A DNA stretch of 52,497 bases from an uncultured Anaerolineales bacterium. GTDB lineage: Bacteria > Chloroflexota > Anaerolineae > Anaerolineales > UBA6663. Below are positions 1-7,920 of the stretch, piece by piece. Below the pieces are notes generated by a model. It was not told the origin of the DNA, made no database searches, and worked only from the letters and a program-made list of their open reading frames with translations. The stretch is from assembly GCA_964443795.1 (NCBI GenBank), contig CAYUFY010000001.1, positions 1-52,497 on the forward strand. The letters are read 5' to 3'. A program made the translations under genes and the position numbers. Numbering within the stretch: the first letter of the stretch is position 1; each line of letters begins with the position of its first letter.

Positions 1-55
1 CCTCTCACCATGACGATAGGGCTGTCATCGGGAGAGGGGGAGTCATGTGACTTAG
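1..55. repeat. Left part of a ~135-bp repeat unit interrupted by the IS; identical to 1536-1590
   Basis: 55/55 nt identity between 1-55 and 1536-1590. The unit continues (TGAGGCAT...) at 1456 on the far side of the IS. Confidence 0.9.
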
Positions 56-151
56 GGTCGGTTAAAAAACAACTTGACGATTTCAGAATATGCCTGACAC
101 TGATGGGATGGCGCTACTGCGCTATTCCACTTCTACAAGGAGAGAACTTGT

Positions 152-496
152 ATGCTCAGAAACCAGACAAATCGGCTGTTACATAAGTGTGGCTGTCGGG
201 TATGTCAACAACACCCCTACAGTAGCGTTGCCCGCGAACATCGGGCCATCAATCGCATCATGCTCACGCTCAACGAAAAAAATCGGCGGCGGTTTGCGGG
301 GGTGTTGGCCCAGCAATGGGGACGCGGTGGGGTGCAGTGCGTCATTGAGATTACAGGTCTCAGTCGGAATACCATTGCACGTGGTGGTGATGAAACCCAA
401 CGCTTGGAGCCCAAGCCGGTTGCGTCGCGCATCCGGCAAATGGGGGGTGGACGGACGCTGGCTGAAAAAATTATCCCGGTTTGGAAGCGGCGCTGA
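152..496 (+). CDS. ISAzo13-family transposase, N-terminal HTH part (orfA, upstream of the frameshift)
   Basis: The peptide LNEKNRRRFAGVLAQQWGRGG...GLSRNTIARG...RIRQMGGGR is typical of ISAzo13 transposase N-termini. The frame ends shortly after an A6 run at 465-470. Confidence 0.75.
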   Translation: MLRNQTNRLLHKCGCRVCQQHPYSSVAREHRAINRIMLTLNEKNRRRFAGVLAQQWGRGGVQCVIEITGLSRNTIARGGDETQRLEPKPVASRIRQMGGGRTLAEKIIPVWKRR

Positions 497-1422
497 CTGA
501 GTTGCTGAAAGATGCCACGGCCGGCGATCCGATCACAGGCATCAACTGGACCAACAAAACGTTACGCCAATTGAGCCGCCAATTGGCGCGTCGCGGAATG
601 CCCGTGAGCTACGGGACGGTGCGGCGGTTGTTGCGGAAACGCGGCTATCGTTTGCGGGTCAACCGCAAGCGGCTGTCCAAGACCGCCCATCCACTCCGGG
701 ATCGTCAAATGCGCTATGTGGCGAAAGTGCGAAATGCCTTTTTGCGCGCTGGAAACCCGGTGATTAGCGTGGATACCAAGCAACGGGAATTGATAGGCAA
801 TTTCAAAAATGCTGGCCGCACTTGGCGGCAAACGGCGCAGGAGGTTTTGCAGGATGATTATCCGAGCCTCGCGGAAGGCGTGGCGATTCCGTACGGTATC
901 TACGATGTGGCGCATAATCATGGCTGGGTCATGGTCGGCACCTCCCATCAAACGCCAGCCTTCGCGATTGCGGCCATCCGCCGCTGGTGGTTGGGGCGCG
1001 GGCGTATTCTGTTTCCCCATGCCCAAGAACTGTTGATTGAAGCCGATGCGGGGGGCGCAAACGGCTATCGCTCGGTGCTGTGGCACTGGGGCTTGCAACA
1101 ATTGGCGGACGAATTTGGTTTGAGCATCACAGTCACGCATTTGCCCACCGGCGCCTCTAAATGGAATCTGATTGAGCATCGGCTATTTGCCTTCATTAGT
1201 AAAAACTGGGCCGGTCAGCCCTTGGTCAGTTACGAGACCATCCTGAAATTTATCCGCACCACCAAAACACAAATGGGTTTGCAGTGCCAAGCCTATTTAG
1301 ACAGAAAGGTCTACCCAACCGGTGCGAAACTCACCCTGCACCAGAAATCCCAAATCAATATGACACGACATCGCATTTTGCCAAAATGGAATTACACCAT
1401 CAAGCCGCAGACACATTGCTAG
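481..1422 (+). CDS. ISAzo13-family transposase, catalytic part (orfB); open in the -1 frame from 466
   Basis: LEAALTELL..GDP...WTNKTLRQLS...ISVDTKQRELIGNFKN.G..W is typical of ISAzo13/Rhodopirellula-type DDE transposases. The frame is -1 relative to orfA. Confidence 0.85.
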   Translation: MEAALTELLKDATAGDPITGINWTNKTLRQLSRQLARRGMPVSYGTVRRLLRKRGYRLRVNRKRLSKTAHPLRDRQMRYVAKVRNAFLRAGNPVISVDTKQRELIGNFKNAGRTWRQTAQEVLQDDYPSLAEGVAIPYGIYDVAHNHGWVMVGTSHQTPAFAIAAIRRWWLGRGRILFPHAQELLIEADAGGANGYRSVLWHWGLQQLADEFGLSITVTHLPTGASKWNLIEHRLFAFISKNWAGQPLVSYETILKFIRTTKTQMGLQCQAYLDRKVYPTGAKLTLHQKSQINMTRHRILPKWNYTIKPQTHC

Positions 1423-1455
1423 AAACCGTCAAGTTATTTTTTAACGAACCCTTAG

Positions 1456-1660
1456 TGAGGCATACGCCCCCCGCTCCTGGATGCCGTTTTTCGCGTTCAG
1501 GAGCGGAGGTTAGCATGAGTCTCACCCCCCGGCCGCCTCTCACCATGACGATAGGGCTGTCATCGGGAGAGGGGGAGTCATGTGACTTAGTGAGGCATAT
1601 TCCCCCCGCTCCTGAACGCTGTTTTTCGCGTTCAGGAGCGGGGGGCCGGGGGGGTGAGGC
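1456..1660. repeat. Tandem GC-rich hairpin repeat units (rest of unit 1, then unit 2)
   Basis: Unit 2 contains a perfect 18-bp stem, CCCCCCGCTCCTGAACGC (1602-1619) with GCGTTCAGGAGCGGGGGG (1628-1645) and loop TGTTTTTC. Unit 1 (about 1468-1510) is a degenerate copy. The GGCCGGGGGGTGAG motif occurs in both orientations. Confidence 0.85.
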
Positions 1661-4258
1661 GTGAACTCCATCTCCCGTCTCCGCCTCGACCACAACTTCA
1701 TGTCCAACGTCGCCGCGTGGGAAAAACTCCCCGCCCGCGACGCGCGCTATGCGCCGTTTCCTCACAACCTTCACTTTTCACTTATCACTGCCCTTAAGCA
1801 ACTTGGCATTGAGTCCCTCTACTCCCACCAAGCCCTCGCCCTCACCGCCGCCCTCAACGGCGAAAACGTGGTGGTCACCACCGGCACCGCCTCGGGCAAG
1901 ACGCTCTGCTACAACCTGCCCGTCCTCAACACGCTCCTCACCTCGCCGCAATCCCGCGCGCTCTACCTCTTCCCCACCAAAGCCCTCGCCCAAGACCAAG
2001 CCGACGAACTTTCCCAATTCTCCAATTCTCTAATCGCCAATTACCAATTACCAATTACCGTTCGCACTTACGACGGCGACACCCCTCAATCCCAGCGCAG
2101 TGCCATTCGCAAGACCGCCGCCATCCTCATCTCCAACCCCGATATGCTTCACATGGGCATCCTGCCGCACCACACCAAGTGGGCTGACTTCCTCACCAAC
2201 TTGCGCTACGTCGTCCTCGATGAACTCCATGTCTATCGCGGGGTGTTCGGCTCGCACATGGCCAACGTCCTGCGTCGCCTCAAACGCCTGTGCGCGTTCT
2301 ACGGTGCCTCGCCCCAATTCATCTGCGCCTCCGCGACAATTACTAATTACCAATTACATTCCGAGAAATTAATTGAAGCCCCCGTCACCGCCATCACCGC
2401 TGACGGCTCCCCGCGCGCCGAAAAACACTTCATCATCTACAACCCGCCCCTGCTCGACCCGGCTCTCGGTCTGCGCCGCTCGTATCTTTTGGAGACGCAA
2501 CGCCTCGCGGGTGAGTTGATGAAGGACGATGTGCAAACGGCGATATTTGCCCGCACCCGCAACGCCACCGAGATTCTCCTCGGCTACACCCGCGACGAAG
2601 CCCGACAACAGGGCCGCGACCCGGCGGGGGTGCGCGGTTACCGGGGCGGCTACCTGCCCCTCGAGCGGCGCGATATCGAGCGCGGTCTGCGTGAGGGCAC
2701 GGTGCGAACCGTCGTCGCCACCAACGCCCTCGAACTCGGCGTGGATATTGGGCAGATGGGCGCGGTTATCATGGCGGGCTACCCTGGCACCATCGCGTCC
2801 GCGTGGCAACAAGCGGGCCGCGCGGGTCGCCGCGCCACCGTCGAGGCCAGCCTCGCCCTGCTGGTCGCCTCCGCCGCGCCCCTCGACCAGTTCCTCGCCA
2901 CGCATCCCCGCTATCTCTTCGAGACCACGCCCGAGCACGCCCTCATCAACCCCGACAACCTCGCGCTCCTCCTCAGCCATTTGCGTTGCGCCGTGTTTGA
3001 ACTGCCCTTCAAGTCCGGCGAATCTTTTGGCGCCTTCACCGAGGTGGAAGAACTTCTGCAAGTCCTCGTCGAAGATGGCGACCTGCATCACTCGGGCAAC
3101 ACCTATCGCTGGGTCGCCGACACCTACCCCGCCGACTCGGTCTCGCTCCGCTCGGCGGGCGCCGACCAAATTGTGATTCAAGAAACGCGCGCGGGCCGCC
3201 CCAACATCATCGGCGAAGTAGACCGCGCCACCGCGCCGGTGCGGGTTCACGAAGGCGCGGTCTATTTGCACGAAGGCCGCCAATACCTCGTCACCCGCCT
3301 CGATTGGGATAACGCCATTGCCGAAGTCCAGCCCTCCGATGTGGATTACTTCACCGAAGCCTCCGAAGCTGTTGATATTGCTGTCGTGAATGTCCACGAT
3401 GCTTTCTCCCCTCTCCCAGCGGGAGAGGGGCCGGGGGTGAGGGCAAGTTACGCCCACGGCGAGTTATTAGTCACCTCCCTCCCCGCCTCCTTCCGCCGCG
3501 TCAAACGCTACACGCACGAAACCCTCGGCTACGGCCAAATAGATTTGCCCGCCCGCGAATTCCAGACCACCGGCTATTGGCTGTGGATTCCGAAACCGCT
3601 TGTCGAACAACTCGCCGCCGAAGGCATCCTCGTGGCCCCCAACAATTACGGCCCCAACTGGCAACAGCAACGCAACGCGGCGCGTGCGCGTGATGGTTAT
3701 CATTGTCAGCAATGCGGGAAAGAAGAACCCTCCCCCATTTCGCGCTCTTCCGAAATGGGGGAGGGCAGGGTGGGGGTTGGGGGTCACGACGTCCACCACC
3801 TCATCCCCTTCCGCACCTTCGGCTATGTCCCCGGCCTCAACGACAACTATGTGCAAGCCAACGACCTCAGCAACCTCATCACCCTCTGCCGCGCCTGTCA
3901 TCGCCGCGCCGAAATGAGTCGCGGCACCCAAACCGCGCTCGGCGGCCTCGCCCATGCCCTCGGCAACCTCGCGCCCCTCTTCCTCATGTGCGACCCGCGC
4001 GACCTGGGCGTGCTCAGTGAGAGTCATTCCCAAGAAACCGGCGCGCCCACCATCACCCTTTACGATTTGATTCCCGAAGGCCTCGGCTTCGCCGGACAAC
4101 TCTACGACCTCCACGCCGAACTCCTGCGCGGGGCCTACGATCTCATCCGCGCCTGCCCCTGCCGCGACGGTTGCCCGGCCTGCGTCGGCCCCGTCGGCCT
4201 CGAAATCACCGACACCAAAACCCTCGCCCGCCGCCTCGCCGAGAGATTGGTACAATGA
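1661..4258 (+). CDS. MrfA/YprA-like DExH-box helicase with C-terminal DUF1998 (4-Cys) and an embedded HNH-like module
   Basis: Walker A TGTASGKT, DExH box VLDELHVY, helicase C motifs (ATNALELGVDIG, QQAGRAGRR) and terminal CPCRDGCPACVGP. HNH-like segment: HCQQCG...VHHLIPF...NLITLCRACHRRAE. An ATG at 1700 is an alternative start. Confidence 0.85.
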   Translation: MNSISRLRLDHNFMSNVAAWEKLPARDARYAPFPHNLHFSLITALKQLGIESLYSHQALALTAALNGENVVVTTGTASGKTLCYNLPVLNTLLTSPQSRALYLFPTKALAQDQADELSQFSNSLIANYQLPITVRTYDGDTPQSQRSAIRKTAAILISNPDMLHMGILPHHTKWADFLTNLRYVVLDELHVYRGVFGSHMANVLRRLKRLCAFYGASPQFICASATITNYQLHSEKLIEAPVTAITADGSPRAEKHFIIYNPPLLDPALGLRRSYLLETQRLAGELMKDDVQTAIFARTRNATEILLGYTRDEARQQGRDPAGVRGYRGGYLPLERRDIERGLREGTVRTVVATNALELGVDIGQMGAVIMAGYPGTIASAWQQAGRAGRRATVEASLALLVASAAPLDQFLATHPRYLFETTPEHALINPDNLALLLSHLRCAVFELPFKSGESFGAFTEVEELLQVLVEDGDLHHSGNTYRWVADTYPADSVSLRSAGADQIVIQETRAGRPNIIGEVDRATAPVRVHEGAVYLHEGRQYLVTRLDWDNAIAEVQPSDVDYFTEASEAVDIAVVNVHDAFSPLPAGEGPGVRASYAHGELLVTSLPASFRRVKRYTHETLGYGQIDLPAREFQTTGYWLWIPKPLVEQLAAEGILVAPNNYGPNWQQQRNAARARDGYHCQQCGKEEPSPISRSSEMGEGRVGVGGHDVHHLIPFRTFGYVPGLNDNYVQANDLSNLITLCRACHRRAEMSRGTQTALGGLAHALGNLAPLFLMCDPRDLGVLSESHSQETGAPTITLYDLIPEGLGFAGQLYDLHAELLRGAYDLIRACPCRDGCPACVGPVGLEITDTKTLARRLAERLVQ
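2014..2059 (+). repeat. In-frame AT-rich heptamer tract, (AATTACC)3 plus a leader, inside the helicase ORF
   Basis: AATTCTCTAATCGCCAATTACCAATTACCAATTACC encodes SNSLIANYQLPIT. It is near-identical to the tract in polA at 27608-27644. Confidence 0.9.
2337..2360 (+). repeat. Second in-frame heptamer tract in the helicase ORF
   Basis: CAATTACTAATTACCAATTACATT encodes ITNYQLH. Confidence 0.8.
3408..3443. repeat. GC-rich hairpin element in frame inside the helicase ORF
   Basis: CCCCTCTCCC-AGC-GGGAGAGGGG, a perfect 10-bp stem, followed by CCGGGGGTGAGGG. Translated as PLPAGEGPGVRA. Confidence 0.85.
3728..3783. repeat. GC-rich hairpin element in frame inside the HNH-like segment of the helicase
   Basis: Perfect 15-bp stem: CCCTCCCCCATTTCG (3728-3742) with CGAAATGGGGGAGGG (3751-3765), followed by a G-rich tail. 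Translated as PSPISRSSEMGEGRVGVGG. Confidence 0.85.
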
Positions 4259-4262
4259 AGCC

Positions 4263-4332
4263 CACTGATAACTGCTCACTGATGACTGTTCACCAAATTA
4301 CTAATCACTAATTACCAATCCCCTAATCACTC
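4263..4332. repeat. Intergenic heptamer-periodic tract (about 10 units)
   Basis: CACTGAT AACTGCT CACTGAT GACTGTT CACCAAA TTACTAA TCACTAA TTACCAA TCCCCTA ATCACTC. The composition is AT-rich in a GC-rich genome. Confidence 0.8.
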
Positions 4333-4334
4333 CC

Positions 4335-4934
4335 ATGTCCCTCACACCCCTCGGCCCTATCGTCCGCCTCCAAATCCAACAGACCAAACTCAAAATCGGC
4401 GACAAGCCCAATCGGCGCTACGACCCTGCCGGTATCCTCTCTGTCCCCGAAATGATTCTCACCCCGCGCGGCGCCGAAACCCGCCTTGCCAACGGTGATC
4501 CCTTCCTCGATCAGCATCACATGGATCGCGCCGACACGCACAACATCAATGGCACCAACAACCTCTCGGTGAGCTTCACCTCCCACTACGCCGCCATCCG
4601 CGCCGAGTTCGGCGACCAACCGCACCTCTTCGATGGGTGCGCCGGAGAAAACATCCTCATCGAAACTTCTCAACACCTCACCGAAGCCATGCTCGCCGAC
4701 GGTGTCTATATCCAAACTGCCAGCGCGCCCGACCCCATCCGCCTTCATCAAGTCATCAATGCTCCGCCCTGTCGCCCCTTCAGCGGCTACGTCCTGGGCG
4801 GCACCGAGGCCTCGGTCAAAGAAACCCTGCAATTCCTTAATCAGGGCATCCGTGGGTTCTACTGCACCCTCGCGCATGTCAGCCCCATCACCCTTCGCGT
4901 CGGCGACCTCGCCCTCATCTCTACCGGAGCCTAA
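4335..4934 (+). CDS. MOSC-domain-like protein (putative)
   Basis: FDGCAGENILIE...L..G..I......IRLHQVINAPPCRPF resembles the MOSC beta-barrel with its conserved Cys. The call rests on motif recognition only. Confidence 0.5.
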   Translation: MSLTPLGPIVRLQIQQTKLKIGDKPNRRYDPAGILSVPEMILTPRGAETRLANGDPFLDQHHMDRADTHNINGTNNLSVSFTSHYAAIRAEFGDQPHLFDGCAGENILIETSQHLTEAMLADGVYIQTASAPDPIRLHQVINAPPCRPFSGYVLGGTEASVKETLQFLNQGIRGFYCTLAHVSPITLRVGDLALISTGA

Positions 4935-4935
4935 T

Positions 4936-6297
4936 ATGCAACGCCTCATTTTGTTTTTGATGATTTGCGCCCTCGCGCTGGCGGCGTGCGGCGCCCCCGC
5001 GACGACTGCGCCCCCCGAGCCGACTCGTTTACCCCAACCGACTCAAGCGCCCCCCACCGCGCCGCCCCCCTCCCCAACGGCTGGTCCGCCAACTTTAACC
5101 AGCGCCCCCGCGGCCTCGCCCATCCCCAGCGATACCCCGGCCCCCAACACCGTTCCTACCACCGCGCCAGCTACTGACCCCATCACCCACCTCAGCGCGG
5201 GCACGGCCATCACCGTCACCGACATTCACATGCTGGATGCGACCACCGGCTGGGCCATTGGCGGCCTCGTCCTTGGCGACCACATCTTCACCACCAAAAA
5301 TGGCGGCCAAACCTGGCGCGATGTCACCCCGCCCGAACCCGCCGCCGCCCCCGAAACCCCGAACGCCACCGTGGGTTACTTCATGGATACGAACACGGCG
5401 TGGGTCGTCTACGGTAACTTCAACGGCGGCCAAACCTCAGCCAGCGTTTGGCGCACCACCGATGGCGGCGCGACCTGGCTCCCCGGCGCTCATTTATATT
5501 GGGAAGAAATTGGTGACTACTTTGACCCCACCGACATTCAATTCCTCGACTCCCAAACCGGCTATGTCCTGGTCCATTTGGGGGTGGGCATGATGCACGA
5601 TTATGTCGCGCTCTACTTCACCCCCGATGGCGGCGCGAGTTGGGCGCGCGTGGTTGATCCCACCGTCGCCAACCTCACCATGAGTTGTGAAAAGACCGGC
5701 GTGGTCTTTGCGGACGCGCAACATGGCCTGATCACCGGCGATTGTCATGGGGTAGCCCCCGGCGTTTTACTACAAGTGACTAATGACGGTGGCGCGACCT
5801 GGTCGAACCCCGAACTCGCCCCGCCCGCCGCCAACCCCACGCTCTTCACCGACCAGAACATCGGTTGCGGCACCTATAACCCCGCGCTCTTCGGCCAAAC
5901 CGGCGCGCTCGTCGTGCGCTGTTCCTTCTTCACCGCCGACCCCATCCGCAGTGAGTCCTACCTCTACACCACCACCGATGGTGGCCAGACGTGGGCGCTT
6001 TCAGCCACCGCCTTGCCCATGGGTTCCGCCTCCGTGACATTCCTCAACGCCACCACCGCCTGGGCACAATCCACCGCCGACCCCAACAATCCCACTGCCC
6101 CCCTCGACATCTACCAAACCCTCGACAGCGGCGCGAAGTGGACCAAAGTCGGCACGGCCACCTGGAGCGGTATCTTCAACTTCATCAACGCCCAAACCGG
6201 CTGGGCCGTCGCCCAAGCAGGCGAATCTTTGGCGCTCGTCTCCACCGCCAATGCAGGCAAAAAATGGAGCCTGCTCAAGCCGCAAGTGGGGCCGTAG
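4936..6297 (+). CDS. Lipoprotein with BNR/Ycf48-like beta-propeller repeats
   Basis: Lipobox LALAAC|G after MQRLILFLMIC, then a Pro/Thr-rich linker. Repeated (D/N)GG(Q/A)(T/S)W motifs: GGQTW, DGGATW, DGGASW, DGGATW, DGGQTW, SGAKW, AGKKW. The annotated longer ORF from 4633 overlaps the previous gene. Confidence 0.75.
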   Translation: MQRLILFLMICALALAACGAPATTAPPEPTRLPQPTQAPPTAPPPSPTAGPPTLTSAPAASPIPSDTPAPNTVPTTAPATDPITHLSAGTAITVTDIHMLDATTGWAIGGLVLGDHIFTTKNGGQTWRDVTPPEPAAAPETPNATVGYFMDTNTAWVVYGNFNGGQTSASVWRTTDGGATWLPGAHLYWEEIGDYFDPTDIQFLDSQTGYVLVHLGVGMMHDYVALYFTPDGGASWARVVDPTVANLTMSCEKTGVVFADAQHGLITGDCHGVAPGVLLQVTNDGGATWSNPELAPPAANPTLFTDQNIGCGTYNPALFGQTGALVVRCSFFTADPIRSESYLYTTTDGGQTWALSATALPMGSASVTFLNATTAWAQSTADPNNPTAPLDIYQTLDSGAKWTKVGTATWSGIFNFINAQTGWAVAQAGESLALVSTANAGKKWSLLKPQVGP

Positions 6298-6330
6298 CAA
6301 ACTATCCGCTGGCAACACGGTGAACCAAAT

Positions 6331-6368
6331 AAAAAGCCGCGCAGGTGAGTCTGCGCGGCTTTTGTTTT
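6331..6368. terminator. Bidirectional rho-independent terminator between convergent genes
   Basis: An A-tract, then stem AGCCGCGCAG (6335-6344) with CTGCGCGGCT (6351-6360) and loop GTGAGT, then TTTGTTTT. Confidence 0.8.
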
Positions 6369-6514
6369 CTACTGCAGTTTGAGTTGTACTGTATGTTGTA
6401 GCCTAACGTTCCGCGTCGTTTGCGGAGCAAAATCCACTGCACGCGGGGGTTGGGCGCGCCATAATCCGGAAATAATCGCAATGTCCCTAACTACTCGACC
6501 GCCTGACCACCCAC

Positions 6515-6829
6515 CTAATACGCCGTCCAGCCCGCCTTTAACTCCACATCAAACTTCCCACTCTGCACTTCCAGTTCATCCACCACGCCCACCGTGGCGA
6601 GGTCAATGGGGACGAACTTGACCCCGGGCAGAGCCAGCGAGGCCTCGCGGGCGCGCACCATCACCACCAGATCACCCGGCCCGGCGTGGACGGTGTCGGC
6701 GGTCACTTGCACCCGCCCCACCGGTTCCAGTTTTTTATTGAGCGGCTGAACCGTGAGCAGTTTAACGCCGTCGAGGTCGGGGTATTTGAGCGTGCAAACG
6801 GCGGAACCAAGGATGCGACCGAGGAGCAT
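6515..6829 (-). CDS. BMC-P pentameric vertex protein (EutN/CcmL family)
   Basis: MLLGRILGSAVCT.K.P.L.G.KLL.VQPL......G....A.D.V.AG.GD.V is typical of EutN/CcmL. Confidence 0.85.
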   Translation of the reverse strand: MLLGRILGSAVCTLKYPDLDGVKLLTVQPLNKKLEPVGRVQVTADTVHAGPGDLVVMVRAREASLALPGVKFVPIDLATVGVVDELEVQSGKFDVELKAGWTAY

Positions 6830-6830
6830 T

Positions 6831-6895
6831 GGGTGATTTGGTTATTGAGTTATTGGGTCATTGAGCCAATGACCCAATAGCCCAATCGCGCTCTA
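6831..6895. repeat. AT-rich heptamer-based hairpin in a BMC intergenic spacer
   Basis: 12-bp stem: ATTGGGTCATTG (6852-6863) with CAATGACCCAAT (6867-6878), loop AGC. Confidence 0.85.
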
Positions 6896-7180
6896 TCACT
6901 TCAAGTTTTGCACCACGCGTGTTACCACCGCGTCCAGCAATTTCGCGTCCACTTCACTGCCGAGACGGGCGAGGACGGCGGCTTTGACGCGGTGGATGAG
7001 TTCGGCGGTGGCCGCGTCGGCGGGGTGGGCGGCGCTCGGGCGGGTGAGGCGCAGACCGTGCTTGAGCGCCAACTCGCGCCCCACGTCGGTCAGCACCACG
7101 TCGTCGTTAATCTCCAGCGCGGTCACGCCCCGGTCGAGCAGGTTTTGAATGTCACGTTCGGTGTAGAAGGTTTTAGCCAT
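6896..7180 (-). CDS. Small BMC-locus protein of unknown function with a C-terminal encapsulation-peptide-like helix
   Basis: 94 aa. The N-terminal motif FYTERDIQNLL..G...L.I..D.VLTDVGRELALKHGL recalls short N-terminal modules seen in BMC-associated enzymes. The C-terminus LLDAVVTRVVQNLK is amphipathic. Confidence 0.6.
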   Translation of the reverse strand: MAKTFYTERDIQNLLDRGVTALEINDDVVLTDVGRELALKHGLRLTRPSAAHPADAATAELIHRVKAAVLARLGSEVDAKLLDAVVTRVVQNLK

Positions 7181-7270
7181 AAAGTCGTCCTTCGATTGGC
7201 ACGGGGGCGGGGGAGCAAGGGAGCAGGGGAGATTTTTCTCTCGCGCTCCCCTGCCCCCCGGCTCCGCTGC

Positions 7271-7900
7271 TTATTTTCCAGCCTGCCCTTCCAACTCCTC
7301 AATCGCCTTCACCGCCGCATTGCGCGCGGTGACAATTTCGGCCTCGGAGCCAGAGAGCCACATCCGGCCAAAGCGCCCAACCGACGAGACGTGCAGGATT
7401 TTGATACTCGCGCCTTTCTCCGCTTCGTTGCAGGCGTAGTTGATATAGGCCGCTGGCGCGCATTCCAGAATCAACATGGTTTCGCCGGGGACGAGCATGG
7501 AGCCGCGCCGGAAGCGGTTGAGCAACTGCGCCTGATACGGGTCCACATTTGTAATAATCTGCACCGAGGCGATGATGGGCTTGATGCGGTCTTGGATGGA
7601 TAACCCCAGCCGCTCTAACACCACGCGCCCGGCCTCCAGCACTTCGGCCTGCGATTTGGAGTGGACTTCAAACATGCCGAATTCGCGCTCGACGAGTTGC
7701 GCGCCCGGGCGGGCCTCGGTGGCCTTGACGGCGATATCCACCAACCGGAAGGCTTCGTTGCCCGGCGCGACCTCGACATACAGCGAGGCCATACCCTCGG
7801 TGGGCAAGTCGCCCTGGGTAATCGTGCCCACGAATGCTGCATATTGTGGTTGCATCCGGTCGAGATAAGAATAAACACGAAGTTGGAATTGGTCGGCCAT
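7271..7900 (-). CDS. BMC-T tandem-domain shell protein (CsoS1D/CcmP-like, permuted)
   Basis: 209 aa, consistent with two BMC domains. QLRVYSYLDRMQPQYAAFVGT...VEREFGMFEVHS...IITNVDPYQAQLLNR.RRGSML..GE resembles the double-stacking BMC-T class. Confidence 0.75.
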   Translation of the reverse strand: MADQFQLRVYSYLDRMQPQYAAFVGTITQGDLPTEGMASLYVEVAPGNEAFRLVDIAVKATEARPGAQLVEREFGMFEVHSKSQAEVLEAGRVVLERLGLSIQDRIKPIIASVQIITNVDPYQAQLLNRFRRGSMLVPGETMLILECAPAAYINYACNEAEKGASIKILHVSSVGRFGRMWLSGSEAEIVTARNAAVKAIEELEGQAGK

Positions 7901-7920
7901 GAATAAACTCCCAAAGGCAA

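Larger units (their letters stand above)
56..1450 (+). mobile_element. ISAzo13-like (IS630-related) insertion sequence, 1395 bp
   Basis: 29-bp imperfect terminal inverted repeats: GGTCGGTTAAAAAACAACTTGACGATTTC at 56-84 versus the reverse complement of 1422-1450 (25/29). Flanked by direct CTTAG at 51-55 and 1451-1455. Encodes a transposase split over two frames. Confidence 0.85.

Noticed and set aside
1456-1660. A possible CRISPR array, suggested by repeated palindromic units near an IS.
   Set aside because: Only two long (~135 bp) units are present with no unique spacers between short repeats, and no cas genes are nearby. The region is better described as a tandem hairpin repeat.
2369-3457. 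Long antisense or overlapping ORFs opposite real genes. Examples: 2369-3457, 3467-4279, 6908-7603, 11575-12909, 25835-26776, 32242-33369, 39238-40479, 44093-45370 and 49314-50306.
   Set aside because: They are typical shadow ORFs of high-GC DNA. Their translations are Arg/Gly/Ala/Pro-rich with no motifs, and each lies fully opposite a gene with clear family signatures.
4633-4935. A 5' extension of the BNR lipoprotein ORF that overlaps the MOSC-like gene.
   Set aside because: The extension has no signal-peptide logic. The ATG at 4936 gives a textbook lipoprotein signal (MQRLILFLMICALALAAC) and starts 2 nt after the upstream stop.
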